From Candidatus Nitrospinota bacterium M3_3B_026 (GTDB taxonomy: Bacteria > Nitrospinota_A > UBA7883 > JBPRGF01), in NCBI GenBank assembly GCA_051418015.1, contig JBPRGF010000031.1, forward strand, positions 128,001 through 192,000: a DNA stretch of 64,000 bases, written 5' to 3'. The notes under the pieces are model-generated. The model did no database searches. It was not told where the DNA came from and saw only the letters and a list, made by a program, of their open reading frames with translations. How positions within the stretch are numbered: position 1 is the first letter of the stretch; each line of letters starts with the position of its first letter. The position numbers were made by a program, and so were the translations under genes. Positions 19,167-28,633 of this stretch are shown here, one piece after another.

Positions 19167-19202
19167 GCCGGGCTCCGGGCTTTCGCGGGCCCGGCTTTTT
19201 TT
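19167..19202 (+). terminator. Rho-independent terminator
   Basis: GCCGGGCTC...GGGCCCGGC stem followed by T7. Confidence 0.8.
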
Positions 19203-19226
19203 GCGCAAAGAAGGGGGGGGCCGGCC

Positions 19227-19862
19227 TTACCCTACAAAAAACCTCAGCGCCGCGAAGCCGAGGATCAACAGGGCGGCGAAGGCCCACGAAAGCACGGTTA
19301 TGTACTTATCGATGAAGGCGCGGATGGCCGGACCGAAAAAGTAGACTAAAACCCCCTCGGTGTAGAACCTCAGCCCCCGGCCCGCGATCGAAGCCAGGAT
19401 GAAGGTTAAGAACCCGACCTCAAAAGCCCCCGCGGCTATGGTGAAGACTTTATAGGGGATCGGCGACACGCCCGCCACCAGCGCCACCAGCGCGTTGTAT
19501 TCCTCGTACAGGCCCTGGATGCTCGTGTACTTTTCCGCCAGGCCGTAAAACTCTATGATCCTGAGCCCCACGGTCTCTATGAAAAAGCGTCCGATGAAAT
19601 ATCCAAAGGCCCCGCCAAGGACCGACCCGGCCGTGCATACCGTGGCGTACCATATCGCCCTGGCGGGCTTCGAGAGCCCCAACGCGAGGAGCAGCGGATC
19701 CGGCGGGATCGGGAAAAAAGAGGACTCCGCGAAGGAAAGGATGAAAAGGGCCGGGGTCCCGTAGGGCGTCTCTGCCCAAGAGAGGACCCAGCCGTAAAGT
19801 TTTTTGAGGAGCCCCTCCTTGGCACGTCGGGAGACCGTCGTTGTTTCACCGTCGCTTGTCAT
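19227..19862 (-). CDS. YqaA/DedA (VTT) family membrane protein
   Basis: SFAESSFFPIPPD, GSVLGG, SPIPYKVFTIAAG, GRGLRF. Confidence 0.88.
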   Translation of the reverse strand: MTSDGETTTVSRRAKEGLLKKLYGWVLSWAETPYGTPALFILSFAESSFFPIPPDPLLLALGLSKPARAIWYATVCTAGSVLGGAFGYFIGRFFIETVGLRIIEFYGLAEKYTSIQGLYEEYNALVALVAGVSPIPYKVFTIAAGAFEVGFLTFILASIAGRGLRFYTEGVLVYFFGPAIRAFIDKYITVLSWAFAALLILGFAALRFFVG

Positions 19863-19987
19863 CGGAGTATTTTACAGGCCGTTTCCCTTCCTTGCACAGG
19901 AAAAGCCCGGCGCGGCCGAAGCGGATTGATATTAAAATGAAAGGATGCCATATTTGTTTTTGTAACGGCCCGGAATAATCTGAGAAT

Positions 19988-22708
19988 ATGGCTGACACAC
20001 AGGAAACCGCCCCCATGCCCTCCCTGGCGCAGACCAGGGTGGACTGGAGCGCCTTGGACGTCCCCACCCTGGAGGACCTCCTCAAGACCTCCGAAAAGGG
20101 CCTGACGGAGGCCGAAGCGGCCGAGAGGCTGAGGATATACGGCCCCAACCAGCTTCCGCGCAAACCGCCGCCATCCCTGCGGGAGATACTCCTGCGGCAG
20201 TTCAAAAGCCCGCTCATCTACATACTCGCCATAGCCGCCGTTGTCTCCATGGCCATCGGCGAGCTTACGGACACCGCCTTCATCGCCGTGGTGCTGCTCT
20301 TGAACGCGGCCATAGGAGGATACCAGGAGTGGCGCGCGGAAAGGAGCGCCCAGGCGCTCCAGAAGCTTTTGAGGATAAGGGCTACCGTCGAGCGGGACGG
20401 CGAAATAAAAGAGATCAGCGCCGAAGAGATCGCGCCGGGGGACGTGGTGTGGCTCGAGTCCGGGGGGCGTGTTCCGGCGGATATGCGTCTTCTGATGACC
20501 CACGGGCTGGAGGTGGACGAGTCGCTGCTGACGGGGGAGTCCATCCCGGTGCTGAAAGACGCCAAGGCGAGCCTGGACGCCGCGACGCCGCTTGCCGACC
20601 AGCGGAACATGGCCTATGCCGGCTCGATAGTGACCCGCGGGCGCGGGAAAGGCGTCGTGGTGGCGACGGGGATGGCCACCGCCGTGGGCCAGCTGGCCCT
20701 GGACGTGGTCGGCAGACCCGCTGGCAAGCCGCCGCTTATCGTGCGAATGGAGCGGTTCAGCAAGACCGTCGCCGTCATTGTCCTCCTGGCCGCGGTGGTC
20801 GTGGGGCTCGTGGGGGTGTTCGGCCGCGGCTATGGCGTGGGCCAGATGTTCATGTTCGGCGTGGCGCTCGCCGTCTCGGCCATTCCGGAGGGGCTGCCGG
20901 TAGCGCTGACGGTGGCCCTTGCCGTGGCCACGACCCGGATGGCCCGCCGGGGTATCATCGTGCGCAGGCTGGCGGCCGTGGAGGGGCTGGGAAGCTGCGA
21001 GCTCATAGCGAGCGACAAAACAGGGACACTCACGAAAAACGAGCTTACCGTCCGCGAGATAATGTTAAGCGACGGACGGGCCTTACCGGTCACCGGCGAA
21101 GGGTTCACCCCGGAGGGATACGCTCTCGAAGGCGACAGAAAGATAAGAAGCGGGCAGATACCGCTTCTCGACCGCCTCGCCCTGGCCGCGGCGCTCTGCA
21201 ACGAGGCGGACTTGCATATGAAGAACAGTGAATGGGTCTGGCGCGGCGACCCTACGGACATAGCCCTGCTCTCCCTGGCCGGCAAGTTGGGGCTCGATCA
21301 CGAAGAGGCGTTCGAAAGATACCCCCAGGTGAACGAAATACCATACGAGCCGGAGCACAAGTTCGCCGCCACCTACCACGAGGCCGGTGGCGAGACCCAC
21401 ATCTTCATAAAAGGCGCGCCGGAGCGCGTTGTGACGATGTTGCGGGATGGCGGCGATAGGTCTTTCAACGAAGATTTCCTGCGGGCCGCCGAAAAGATGG
21501 CGGGAAAAGGATACCGCGTCCTGGCCCTGGCCGCCGGCCGCGCTCCCGCCGGGCTGGAGCCCGAGCAGGCGCCGCCGGAGCCCTCGGACCTTGAGTTCCT
21601 GGGGTTCGTGGGGATGATGGACCCCCTGCGCCACGGCGTCCGCGAGGCGATACAGGAAAGCCACGGCGCAGGAATATCGGTGATTATGATAACCGGCGAC
21701 CACCCCGTCACGGCTTTTGCCATAGCGCGCGACCTCGGCCTTGCCGAGGGGCCGGAGGAAGTCGTGACGGGAACGGACCTTGCCGGGAAGGCGCCGGAAG
21801 AGCTCGACGAGATCGTCCGAACGAAGCGCGTCTTCGCCAGGATAACATCGAGGCAGAAGCTGGAAATCGTGGAAGCGGCCCGGCGCGGCGGGATGTTCGT
21901 CGCCGTCACCGGCGACGGCGTCAATGACGCCCCGGCGCTACGGGCGGCCAACATCGGCGTGGCCATGGGCAAAGCGGGGACGGACGTGGCCAGGGAGGCG
22001 GCGGAGCTTGTGATAAGCGACGACAACTTCGCCACCATCGTGGCGGGAGTGGAAGAGGGCAGGATCGCCTACGACAACGTCCGCAAGGTCATATACCTTC
22101 TCGTCTCCACCGGCGCGGCGGAGGTCATCATGGTGACCATGGCCGTGGCCGCCGGGATGCCGATCCCGCTGCTGCCGGCGCAGCTTCTGTGGCTGAACCT
22201 TGTGACCAACGGTATACAGGACGTCGCGCTGGCTTTCGAGCCGGGGGAGGGGGATGTCTTGAAACGCAAACCAAGGCCGCAGAGAGAACGGATATTCAAC
22301 AGGCTCATGATAGAGCGAACCGCCGTGGCCGCGGCGGTGATGGGCCTTGTGGGCTTCGGCCTTTTCTGGTGGGCGCTCAGGGCCGGGTGGGCCGAGGATT
22401 CGGCCCGCAACGCCCTGCTTCTGCTGATGGTGCTCTTCGAGAACATACACATAGCCAACTGCCGCTCGGAGACGAAGTCCGCTTTCCGTATCCCGCTTTT
22501 CAGCAACCCCATCCTGCTTTTCGGCGTGGCGGCGGCCTTCACCCTGCACGTCATGATGATGTACGCCCCCATGGGACACGCCGCGCTCAGAACCGAGCCT
22601 GCCTCCGCCGCCACGTGGGCCGCGGCGCTCATCCTGGCCCTGACCGTCCTCGCCGCCATGGAGATCCACAAGAGATCGTGGGCCGCCAGGACGAATGCGA
22701 AGGGCTGA
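19988..22708 (+). CDS. Cation-transporting P-type ATPase (type II, probably Ca2+)
   Basis: LTGES, IPEGLP, DKTGTLT, KGAPE, TGDH, GDGVNDAP; multiple TM segments. Confidence 0.93.
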   Translation: MADTQETAPMPSLAQTRVDWSALDVPTLEDLLKTSEKGLTEAEAAERLRIYGPNQLPRKPPPSLREILLRQFKSPLIYILAIAAVVSMAIGELTDTAFIAVVLLLNAAIGGYQEWRAERSAQALQKLLRIRATVERDGEIKEISAEEIAPGDVVWLESGGRVPADMRLLMTHGLEVDESLLTGESIPVLKDAKASLDAATPLADQRNMAYAGSIVTRGRGKGVVVATGMATAVGQLALDVVGRPAGKPPLIVRMERFSKTVAVIVLLAAVVVGLVGVFGRGYGVGQMFMFGVALAVSAIPEGLPVALTVALAVATTRMARRGIIVRRLAAVEGLGSCELIASDKTGTLTKNELTVREIMLSDGRALPVTGEGFTPEGYALEGDRKIRSGQIPLLDRLALAAALCNEADLHMKNSEWVWRGDPTDIALLSLAGKLGLDHEEAFERYPQVNEIPYEPEHKFAATYHEAGGETHIFIKGAPERVVTMLRDGGDRSFNEDFLRAAEKMAGKGYRVLALAAGRAPAGLEPEQAPPEPSDLEFLGFVGMMDPLRHGVREAIQESHGAGISVIMITGDHPVTAFAIARDLGLAEGPEEVVTGTDLAGKAPEELDEIVRTKRVFARITSRQKLEIVEAARRGGMFVAVTGDGVNDAPALRAANIGVAMGKAGTDVAREAAELVISDDNFATIVAGVEEGRIAYDNVRKVIYLLVSTGAAEVIMVTMAVAAGMPIPLLPAQLLWLNLVTNGIQDVALAFEPGEGDVLKRKPRPQRERIFNRLMIERTAVAAAVMGLVGFGLFWWALRAGWAEDSARNALLLLMVLFENIHIANCRSETKSAFRIPLFSNPILLFGVAAAFTLHVMMMYAPMGHAALRTEPASAATWAAALILALTVLAAMEIHKRSWAARTNAKG

Positions 22709-22789
22709 CCCGGGAGGGACGGGAAAAACGCGTCTTCGCCGTTTATGTTATAAAATAGGCTTTAACCTAATCTGAGCGAAAAACGGGCG

Positions 22790-24235
22790 GTGGATAAGTT
22801 TAAGGAAGAGTGCGCCGTGTTCGCCGTTTACGGCCATCCGGAGGCGGCGAACCTGACATACTTGGGGCTTTATGCCCTCCAGCATCGCGGGCAGGAGTCC
22901 TCCGGCATCGTCTCCTCCAACGGTCTGCGCCACTTTGCCGAGGTGGGGATGGGCCTGGTGTCGGAGATTTTCGACGAACAGAGGATATCCCGCCTCAAGG
23001 GCGCCGCGGCTATCGGCCACAACCGGTATTCCACCCATGGCGAGTCGCTGCTTAAAAACTCCCAGCCCATGGCGATCGAATACTCCCACGGCCCCCTGGC
23101 CATGGCCCACAACGGCAACCTCATAAACGCTGGGTCGATACGGAGCAGGCTGGAGGAGGAAGGCTCCATCTTCCGCTCCACCATGGACTCGGAGGTGATA
23201 ATCCACCTGATCGCCAAAAGCAGGAAAAGACGCCTGCAGGACAGGGTCGTGGAGGCGCTCTCCCGCGTTGAGGGGGCCTATTCGCTGGCCATCATGGACG
23301 CCCGCGAGCTTGTCATAGCGCGGGATCCGCGCGGCTTCCGCCCTCTGGCCATGGGCAGGCTGGGGAACTCTTACGTCTTCGCATCGGAGACCTGCGCCTT
23401 CGATCTGATCGACGCGAAATTCGTCCGGGAGGTGGAGCCGGGCGAGGTGATCGTCGTGAACGAGGGGGGGCTCGTGAGCTACTTCCCCTTCGAAGAGGCT
23501 CCAAGGCGGCACTGTGTCTTCGAGTTCATATACTTTTCCCGGCCGGACTCGAACATATTCGGCGCCAACGTCCACAACACGCGGAAGGAGTTCGGCCGCC
23601 AACTCGCCCGGGAAAAGCCGGTCGACGCGGACATAGTGGTCCCCGTGCCGGATTCCGGGGTGGTGGCGGCGCTGGGATACGCCGAAGCCTCCGGCATCCC
23701 CTTCGAGAAGGGGATCATAAGAAACCACTACGTGGGCAGGACTTTCATAGAGCCGACCCAGTCCATCCGCCATTTCGGGGTGAAGATAAAGCTCAACCCC
23801 GTGCGGGACGTCATAAAAGACAGAAAAGTTATCCTGGTGGACGACTCCATAGTCCGCGGGACGACCTCCCGCAAGCTGGTTAAGATGGTCCGCGACGCCG
23901 GGGCCAAGGAGGTCCACATGCGGATATCCTCCCCGCCGACGACTCATTCATGTTTTTACGGCATAGACACCCCCGCCAGGACGGAGCTTATCGCCGCCAC
24001 TTACAGCATGACGGAGATATCGGATTTTCTGAGGGCGGACTCCCTGGAGTACCTGAGCATCGAGGGGATGATGAAGGCATTGCGGGGCAGGGAGGGAGAC
24101 TTTTGCAAGGCCTGTTTCGACGGCGATTACCCCATCACCACGCCCGCCATCGAGACGCAGATGGAGCTTCTGGAAAACGGCCCCGCGCCCAAAAGGGCCG
24201 GGGAAGAGAAAAAATCTGAAGCGATCTTCGAGTGA
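22790..24235 (+). CDS. purF: Amidophosphoribosyltransferase
   Basis: Propeptide then catalytic Cys (EECAVF), LQHRGQE, GHNRYST, VDDSIVRGTT; Fe-S cysteines. Confidence 0.97.
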   Translation: MDKFKEECAVFAVYGHPEAANLTYLGLYALQHRGQESSGIVSSNGLRHFAEVGMGLVSEIFDEQRISRLKGAAAIGHNRYSTHGESLLKNSQPMAIEYSHGPLAMAHNGNLINAGSIRSRLEEEGSIFRSTMDSEVIIHLIAKSRKRRLQDRVVEALSRVEGAYSLAIMDARELVIARDPRGFRPLAMGRLGNSYVFASETCAFDLIDAKFVREVEPGEVIVVNEGGLVSYFPFEEAPRRHCVFEFIYFSRPDSNIFGANVHNTRKEFGRQLAREKPVDADIVVPVPDSGVVAALGYAEASGIPFEKGIIRNHYVGRTFIEPTQSIRHFGVKIKLNPVRDVIKDRKVILVDDSIVRGTTSRKLVKMVRDAGAKEVHMRISSPPTTHSCFYGIDTPARTELIAATYSMTEISDFLRADSLEYLSIEGMMKALRGREGDFCKACFDGDYPITTPAIETQMELLENGPAPKRAGEEKKSEAIFE

Positions 24236-24429
24236 CACCGCCTCTCCTTCGTTTCCTGCTTGAGAAAACAAGGGCTTGTGCTTCGGCGGTTTTTCCGCCT
24301 ATAAAAACCGCCAATATTGTCTCTTTAACCCCGATCTCCGCGTGGTTATAATCACGTGTCCGCGGGCGGCTTTGGAACAAGGCGCGCGCGGCTTTCGGAT
24401 TTTTTCATGAAAATTTTTCCAGACCTGAA

Positions 24430-25827
24430 ATGACAGAATCGTCTCAAGCCGTCCGCAAGGAAAGACGCGCCGCCGTTCCCCCAGCGAACCCGGAGATGGA
24501 GAAGGCCGTCCTGGGGGCGATCCTGCTCGACAACGAGGCGCTGCCGAAGGTGATCGAGATTCTCACCGGCTCGGAGGATTTCTACAAACCGGCCCACAGG
24601 AAGATATACCAGGCCGTCATCGACCTTTACGAGAAAAGCGAGCCCGCGGACCTGATGACCCTCTCCGAGGAGCTGCGAAAGAGAGGCTGGTTCGACGACA
24701 TCGGGATAGACTACCTGGCCGACCTCGTCGAATCCGTCCCCACGGCGGCCAACGTCCGCGTCCACGCCCGCGTGGTGCGGGAGAAGGCGGTCCTGCGAAA
24801 GCTCATCACCGTCGCGGGGGAGGTGGTGACCCTGGCCTACGAGGACACCGAGGACGTGGACAAGCTGCTCGACGAGGTGGAGCGGATGGTGCTGGACATC
24901 TCCCAGGAGCGGGCGCGCAAAAGCTTTGTGGACATCAAGAATATCCTCAAGGACAGCATGAAAACCGTCGAGAGCCTCTACGAGACCAAGAGGCTCATCA
25001 CAGGGGTCCCCACAGGCTACAAGGATATCGACGAGAAGACGGCCGGGCTGCAGTCTTCGGATCTGGTGATAATCGCGGGGCGGCCCTCGATGGGCAAGAC
25101 GGCCTTCGCCATGAACATCGCCCAGAACCTGACGAGCCTGGAGGAGGAGAGGGTGGTGGCGATATTCTCCCTGGAGATGTCCGCCGAGCAGCTTGTCCTG
25201 AGGATGCTGTGCTCCGAGGCGAAAGTGTCAAGCCAGAGGCTGCGCACGGGGTTCCTGTCGCAGACCGACTGGCCGAAGCTGACGACGGCCGCGGGCAGGC
25301 TCCATGGCCTGAACATCTTCATCGACGACACGGCGGGGCAGACGGCCCTGGACATCCGCGGCAAGGCGCGCAGGCTGCAGGCGGAGAAGGGAAGGCTGGA
25401 CCTTATCATCGTGGACTATTTGCAGCTTATGACCTCCCGGCGCAGGTACGAGTCCCGCGTGCTGGAGGTCTCGGACATCACGAGATCCTTGAAACAACTG
25501 GCACGGGAGCTTTCCGTCCCCCTTATCGCCGTCTCACAGCTTTCCAGGAAGGTGGAGGACAGGACGGACAAGAGACCGCAGCTTGCGGACCTGCGCGAGT
25601 CCGGCTCCATCGAGCAGGACGCGGACCTGGTAATGTTCGTGCACCGGGAGGGGTTCTATAACCGTGACAGGCCGGAGCTTGCGGGCAAGGCGGACATCAT
25701 CATCGGCAAACAGCGCAACGGCCCCGTGGGGACGGTGAAGCTCGCTTTCCTGGAAGACTTCACGCGGTTCGAAAACCTCTCCATGATGGAGCCGCAGGAA
25801 TATAGCGACTTCGAAGAGCCTTTCTGA
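24430..25827 (+). CDS. dnaB: Replicative DNA helicase
   Basis: GRPSMGKT, FSLEM, VDYLQL, SQLSR, DLRESGSIEQDAD, KQRNGP; no intein. Confidence 0.98.
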   Translation: MTESSQAVRKERRAAVPPANPEMEKAVLGAILLDNEALPKVIEILTGSEDFYKPAHRKIYQAVIDLYEKSEPADLMTLSEELRKRGWFDDIGIDYLADLVESVPTAANVRVHARVVREKAVLRKLITVAGEVVTLAYEDTEDVDKLLDEVERMVLDISQERARKSFVDIKNILKDSMKTVESLYETKRLITGVPTGYKDIDEKTAGLQSSDLVIIAGRPSMGKTAFAMNIAQNLTSLEEERVVAIFSLEMSAEQLVLRMLCSEAKVSSQRLRTGFLSQTDWPKLTTAAGRLHGLNIFIDDTAGQTALDIRGKARRLQAEKGRLDLIIVDYLQLMTSRRRYESRVLEVSDITRSLKQLARELSVPLIAVSQLSRKVEDRTDKRPQLADLRESGSIEQDADLVMFVHREGFYNRDRPELAGKADIIIGKQRNGPVGTVKLAFLEDFTRFENLSMMEPQEYSDFEEPF

Positions 25828-25828
25828 A

Positions 25829-26002
25829 AAGACCTTTGCGGAACCAATATGATTTACTATCTTGTTGTCCTGAGGCGAAGCCGAAGGACCTTGCCTTTTT
25901 TGCTTAAACTAACAAAATCAAGGCCCTTCAGTTCGCGGCGGAGACTCCGCTCCTTCAGGACGACAACAGCGGGCGGATTCGAACGCATTATGCGAAAGTC
26001 TT
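25829..26002. repeat. MITE-like palindromic element (copy B)
   Basis: Ends AAGACCTTTGCGGAA / TTATGCGAAAGTCTT (11/15 inverted); internal GTCCTGAGGCGAAGCCGAAGGACCTTGCC shared with copy A. Confidence 0.65.
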
Positions 26003-26048
26003 CTTTCTAAAAGGCAGAGGCCGCCCTTTTTCGGAGCCTCGGCCGCTT

Positions 26049-27194
26049 TTGTCAACAAGCGCAAGGACAGTGAACCTCAGTCATCCCACTCACGTCGAGA
26101 TAGACATCGACAGGCTCCATGAAAACCTGGACCTCATAAGCCGCGTGGCCGGGGCGCCCCTTCTGCCGGTGGTGAAGGCGGACGCCTACGGCCATGGCGC
26201 CGTCCCCGTCGCCCGGGAAATAGCGGGGAGAAAGGACATTGTCGAGGGCCTCTGTGTGGGCACTGTGAACGAGGCGCTGGAGCTTCGCCGGGCGGGGATG
26301 AGGGGGCGGATCGTCGTCCTGGACGGGGTCTTCCCGGAACAGGCGGGTGAGGCCCTTCGCCACGGACTGGAGGCTGTCGTAAGCTCTGTCGAGGAGGCTC
26401 GGACGCTGGCCTCGAGCGCGGGCCGCAAGGCCGCGGAGGTCCACGTCAAGATCAACACCGGCATGACGCGCCTGGGGGCGGAGGCGGAGAGCGCCATGGA
26501 CGTCTATAAAAAGATCGCGGGGATGAGAAAGATACGCATAGCCGGGCTTATGACCCACCTGGCCGACGCGGGGCGAAAACGCGGCCTGGCCCCCAGGCAA
26601 CTGAAAATTTTCGACGAGATATCTTCCGCCATCTCCGCCGCGGGCCACCCTCTCCCCCCCCGCCACGCGGCGAACACCGCCGCCGTGTTCCGCCACCCGG
26701 CGTCGCGGCTGGACCTCGTCCGGCCGGGGCTTGGTGTCTATGGGGTCCAGGCCTTTCCGGGGCCGGACGCCGGGCTGAAACCGGTCCTGAGCTGGCGGGC
26801 GAGGATAGCCATCGTCCGGAAGCTTAAAAAAGGCCAGACGGTATCATACGGGATGCTGTGGACAAGCCCTGGGCGGCGGGAGGCGGCTGTCGTCTGCGCA
26901 GGCTACGCCGACGGGTACTCCACGAGGCTTTCGAACCGGGCGAAGGCCCTTTTCAGGAGAAAACCCGTCAGGCAGGTCGGTATGGTCTGCATGGACAGCT
27001 GCCTTTTCGACGTGACAGGAACCGGCGCCAGGGCCGGCGATACGGTGACCCTCATCGGCGAGGATGGAAAAGAGCGCGTCACGGCCAACGATCTCGCCCG
27101 CCTGGGCGGGGTTATTCCGTATGAGATTCTGTGCGGAATAGGCAGACGCGCAAAACGTGTCTACATGAGATCCGGCGAAATCGTAACCCTCTGA
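26049..27194 (+). CDS. alr: Alanine racemase
   Basis: VVKADAYGHG (PLP Lys), HVKINTGMTRLG, VRPG, VSYG, GYADG, CMD, IPYE. Start is TTG 26049 or GTG 26070. Confidence 0.95.
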   Translation: MSTSARTVNLSHPTHVEIDIDRLHENLDLISRVAGAPLLPVVKADAYGHGAVPVAREIAGRKDIVEGLCVGTVNEALELRRAGMRGRIVVLDGVFPEQAGEALRHGLEAVVSSVEEARTLASSAGRKAAEVHVKINTGMTRLGAEAESAMDVYKKIAGMRKIRIAGLMTHLADAGRKRGLAPRQLKIFDEISSAISAAGHPLPPRHAANTAAVFRHPASRLDLVRPGLGVYGVQAFPGPDAGLKPVLSWRARIAIVRKLKKGQTVSYGMLWTSPGRREAAVVCAGYADGYSTRLSNRAKALFRRKPVRQVGMVCMDSCLFDVTGTGARAGDTVTLIGEDGKERVTANDLARLGGVIPYEILCGIGRRAKRVYMRSGEIVTL

Positions 27195-27367
27195 TTACAA
27201 AGTCCTTACATCCAAGGCGGCGATAGCGGGGCATGATTCGCCACGGGGTCGCGCCGGCCCTGCCGCCTCCCGCTTTCCGGCCCGCGGGCAGGCGATTTTT
27301 TATGGCGCATAACACATTGATATATATCGCCTGATTTACAGCGCCCCCCCATCGCTCCGGGCTGGAA

Positions 27368-27401
27368 ATTTGATATTTAACCTCAAATCTATATAATAGA
27401 T
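27368..27401 (+). promoter_or_regulatory. Sigma70 promoter of the ectR-like gene with overlapping inverted repeats (candidate operator)
   Basis: TTGATA(27370)-N16-TATAAT(27392); ATTTGA-N9-TCAAAT over the -35 and ATCTAT-N3-ATAGAT over the -10. Confidence 0.6.
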
Positions 27402-27494
27402 ATCTCACGTGTCCGAAGCATTTTTATCGGGAAAGGAGCATCCAGACGGGCCCGATCGCCCGTCCCGCTCGAATTGAAGAGTAAGATTTTAAAA

Positions 27495-28103
27495 ATGAAT
27501 GTGTTACAAAACGCCGAGTTGGAACTGGAGGAAGGCGAGATCCAGTACGCGGACAAGGTTCTCATCGCCATAAGGCGGATCATCCGCGCCGTTGACCTTC
27601 ATTCCAGGAAGCTGGCCCAGAGTTCCGGCCTGACGGGGCCTCAGCTTGTCGTGTTGTCGGAGATAGCAAACCGCGACCAGGCCTCGATAAGCGATCTGGC
27701 GAAAAACGTCCACCTCAGCCACGCCACGGTGACGGACATCCTGAACAGGCTTGAAAAAAGAGGGCTTGTCGCCAGGAAGAAAAACGGAGCCGACAAGCGG
27801 AAGGTGGTCGTGGAAGTGACCGGGGCCGGCAGGGAGATCATAAAAAACAAGCCGCCGCTGTTGCAGGAGAAGTTCGTCGCGAGGCTGGACAGGCTCGAGG
27901 GCGAGGAGAAAGACCTTCTTCTTTCGATGCTGACAAGGATAGTCAGCATGATGGAGATGGAAGAGGAGACACTGGATTCCTCCCCGTTCCTTGCCACCGG
28001 CCCCCTGTCCGCGTCGCCGGAAAGCTCTTTGGGTTATCTGAACGACTCCCCGTCCGCGGACGGCTCGGGCGCGAAGGAGGCGCCCGGCGGAAAATCGGAC
28101 TAA
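27495..28103 (+). CDS. ectR: MarR-family regulator, EctR-like
   Basis: LIAIRRIIRAVDLHSRKL...GLTGPQL...LSHATVTDILNRLEKRGL...DKR; heads the ectoine cluster. Confidence 0.8.
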   Translation: MNVLQNAELELEEGEIQYADKVLIAIRRIIRAVDLHSRKLAQSSGLTGPQLVVLSEIANRDQASISDLAKNVHLSHATVTDILNRLEKRGLVARKKNGADKRKVVVEVTGAGREIIKNKPPLLQEKFVARLDRLEGEEKDLLLSMLTRIVSMMEMEEETLDSSPFLATGPLSASPESSLGYLNDSPSADGSGAKEAPGGKSD

Positions 28104-28121
28104 CGTCCCCCGGAAGCGGCG

Positions 28122-28159
28122 TCCGCTCCTTTCGCCAGCGTGGACGGGGCGGATTTTTT
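28122..28159 (+). terminator. Putative rho-independent terminator after ectR
   Basis: TCCGCTCC...GGGGCGGA stem plus T6; loop is long. Confidence 0.45.
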
Positions 28160-28237
28160 GTTTGGAAGGCATCGCGGTAAACGATTGATGAAAACGCGGA
28201 GGAATATCAGGCCAGGCGCGGCGGAGGGCGGCTCCCG

Positions 28238-28615
28238 ATGAGCGTCGCCATCCTCGGCTGGGAATTCGAGACTTTTCAAGACATGGAAAAGCTCGAGGAC
28301 AAAGCGGGAGTTTATGTCGTCATCTCGATCAAGGACGGCGCCGCCCGCGTCATCGACGCAGGAGAGTCCGAGCGGATAAGGACGAAGATCATCAGCCATG
28401 AAAGAACGCCGTGCTGGAGCGAACACAAGTATGACGGCGTGGTCATCGCCGTCCGTTACGTGGAGGCCGCGGACCGCGAGGAGCGGGTGAGGATAGAGAG
28501 TGAGATAAGGGCCAGGTATTCGCCGCCCTGCGGTGGCCCGGAGGGGGCGGCGGAGCTAACAAACGTTTTTACCGGCGCTATTAAAGAGGAGAAAAAAGAC
28601 GACGACAAACGTTGA
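28238..28615 (+). CDS. Small protein with GIY-YIG-like signature
   Basis: GVYVV...IDAGES.RIR....H...IE.EIR..Y.PPC pattern; GGAGG-like RBS. Confidence 0.55.
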   Translation: MSVAILGWEFETFQDMEKLEDKAGVYVVISIKDGAARVIDAGESERIRTKIISHERTPCWSEHKYDGVVIAVRYVEAADREERVRIESEIRARYSPPCGGPEGAAELTNVFTGAIKEEKKDDDKR

Positions 28616-28633
28616 AACCGAAGAGGAGGGAAT

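Noticed and set aside
19930..19950. TGGCAT on the minus strand as a sigma54 promoter
   Set aside because: The -12 TTGC element is missing at the required spacing.
28188..28241. 17-aa ORF MKTRRNIRPGAAEGGSR as a RiPP precursor for the rSAM
   Set aside because: No RBS, no Cys or aromatic residues typical of SPASM substrates, and short enough to arise by chance despite the ATGA overlap.
28238..28615. GIY-YIG-like ORF as mobiliser of the palindromic repeats
   Set aside because: None of the repeat units flank this gene.
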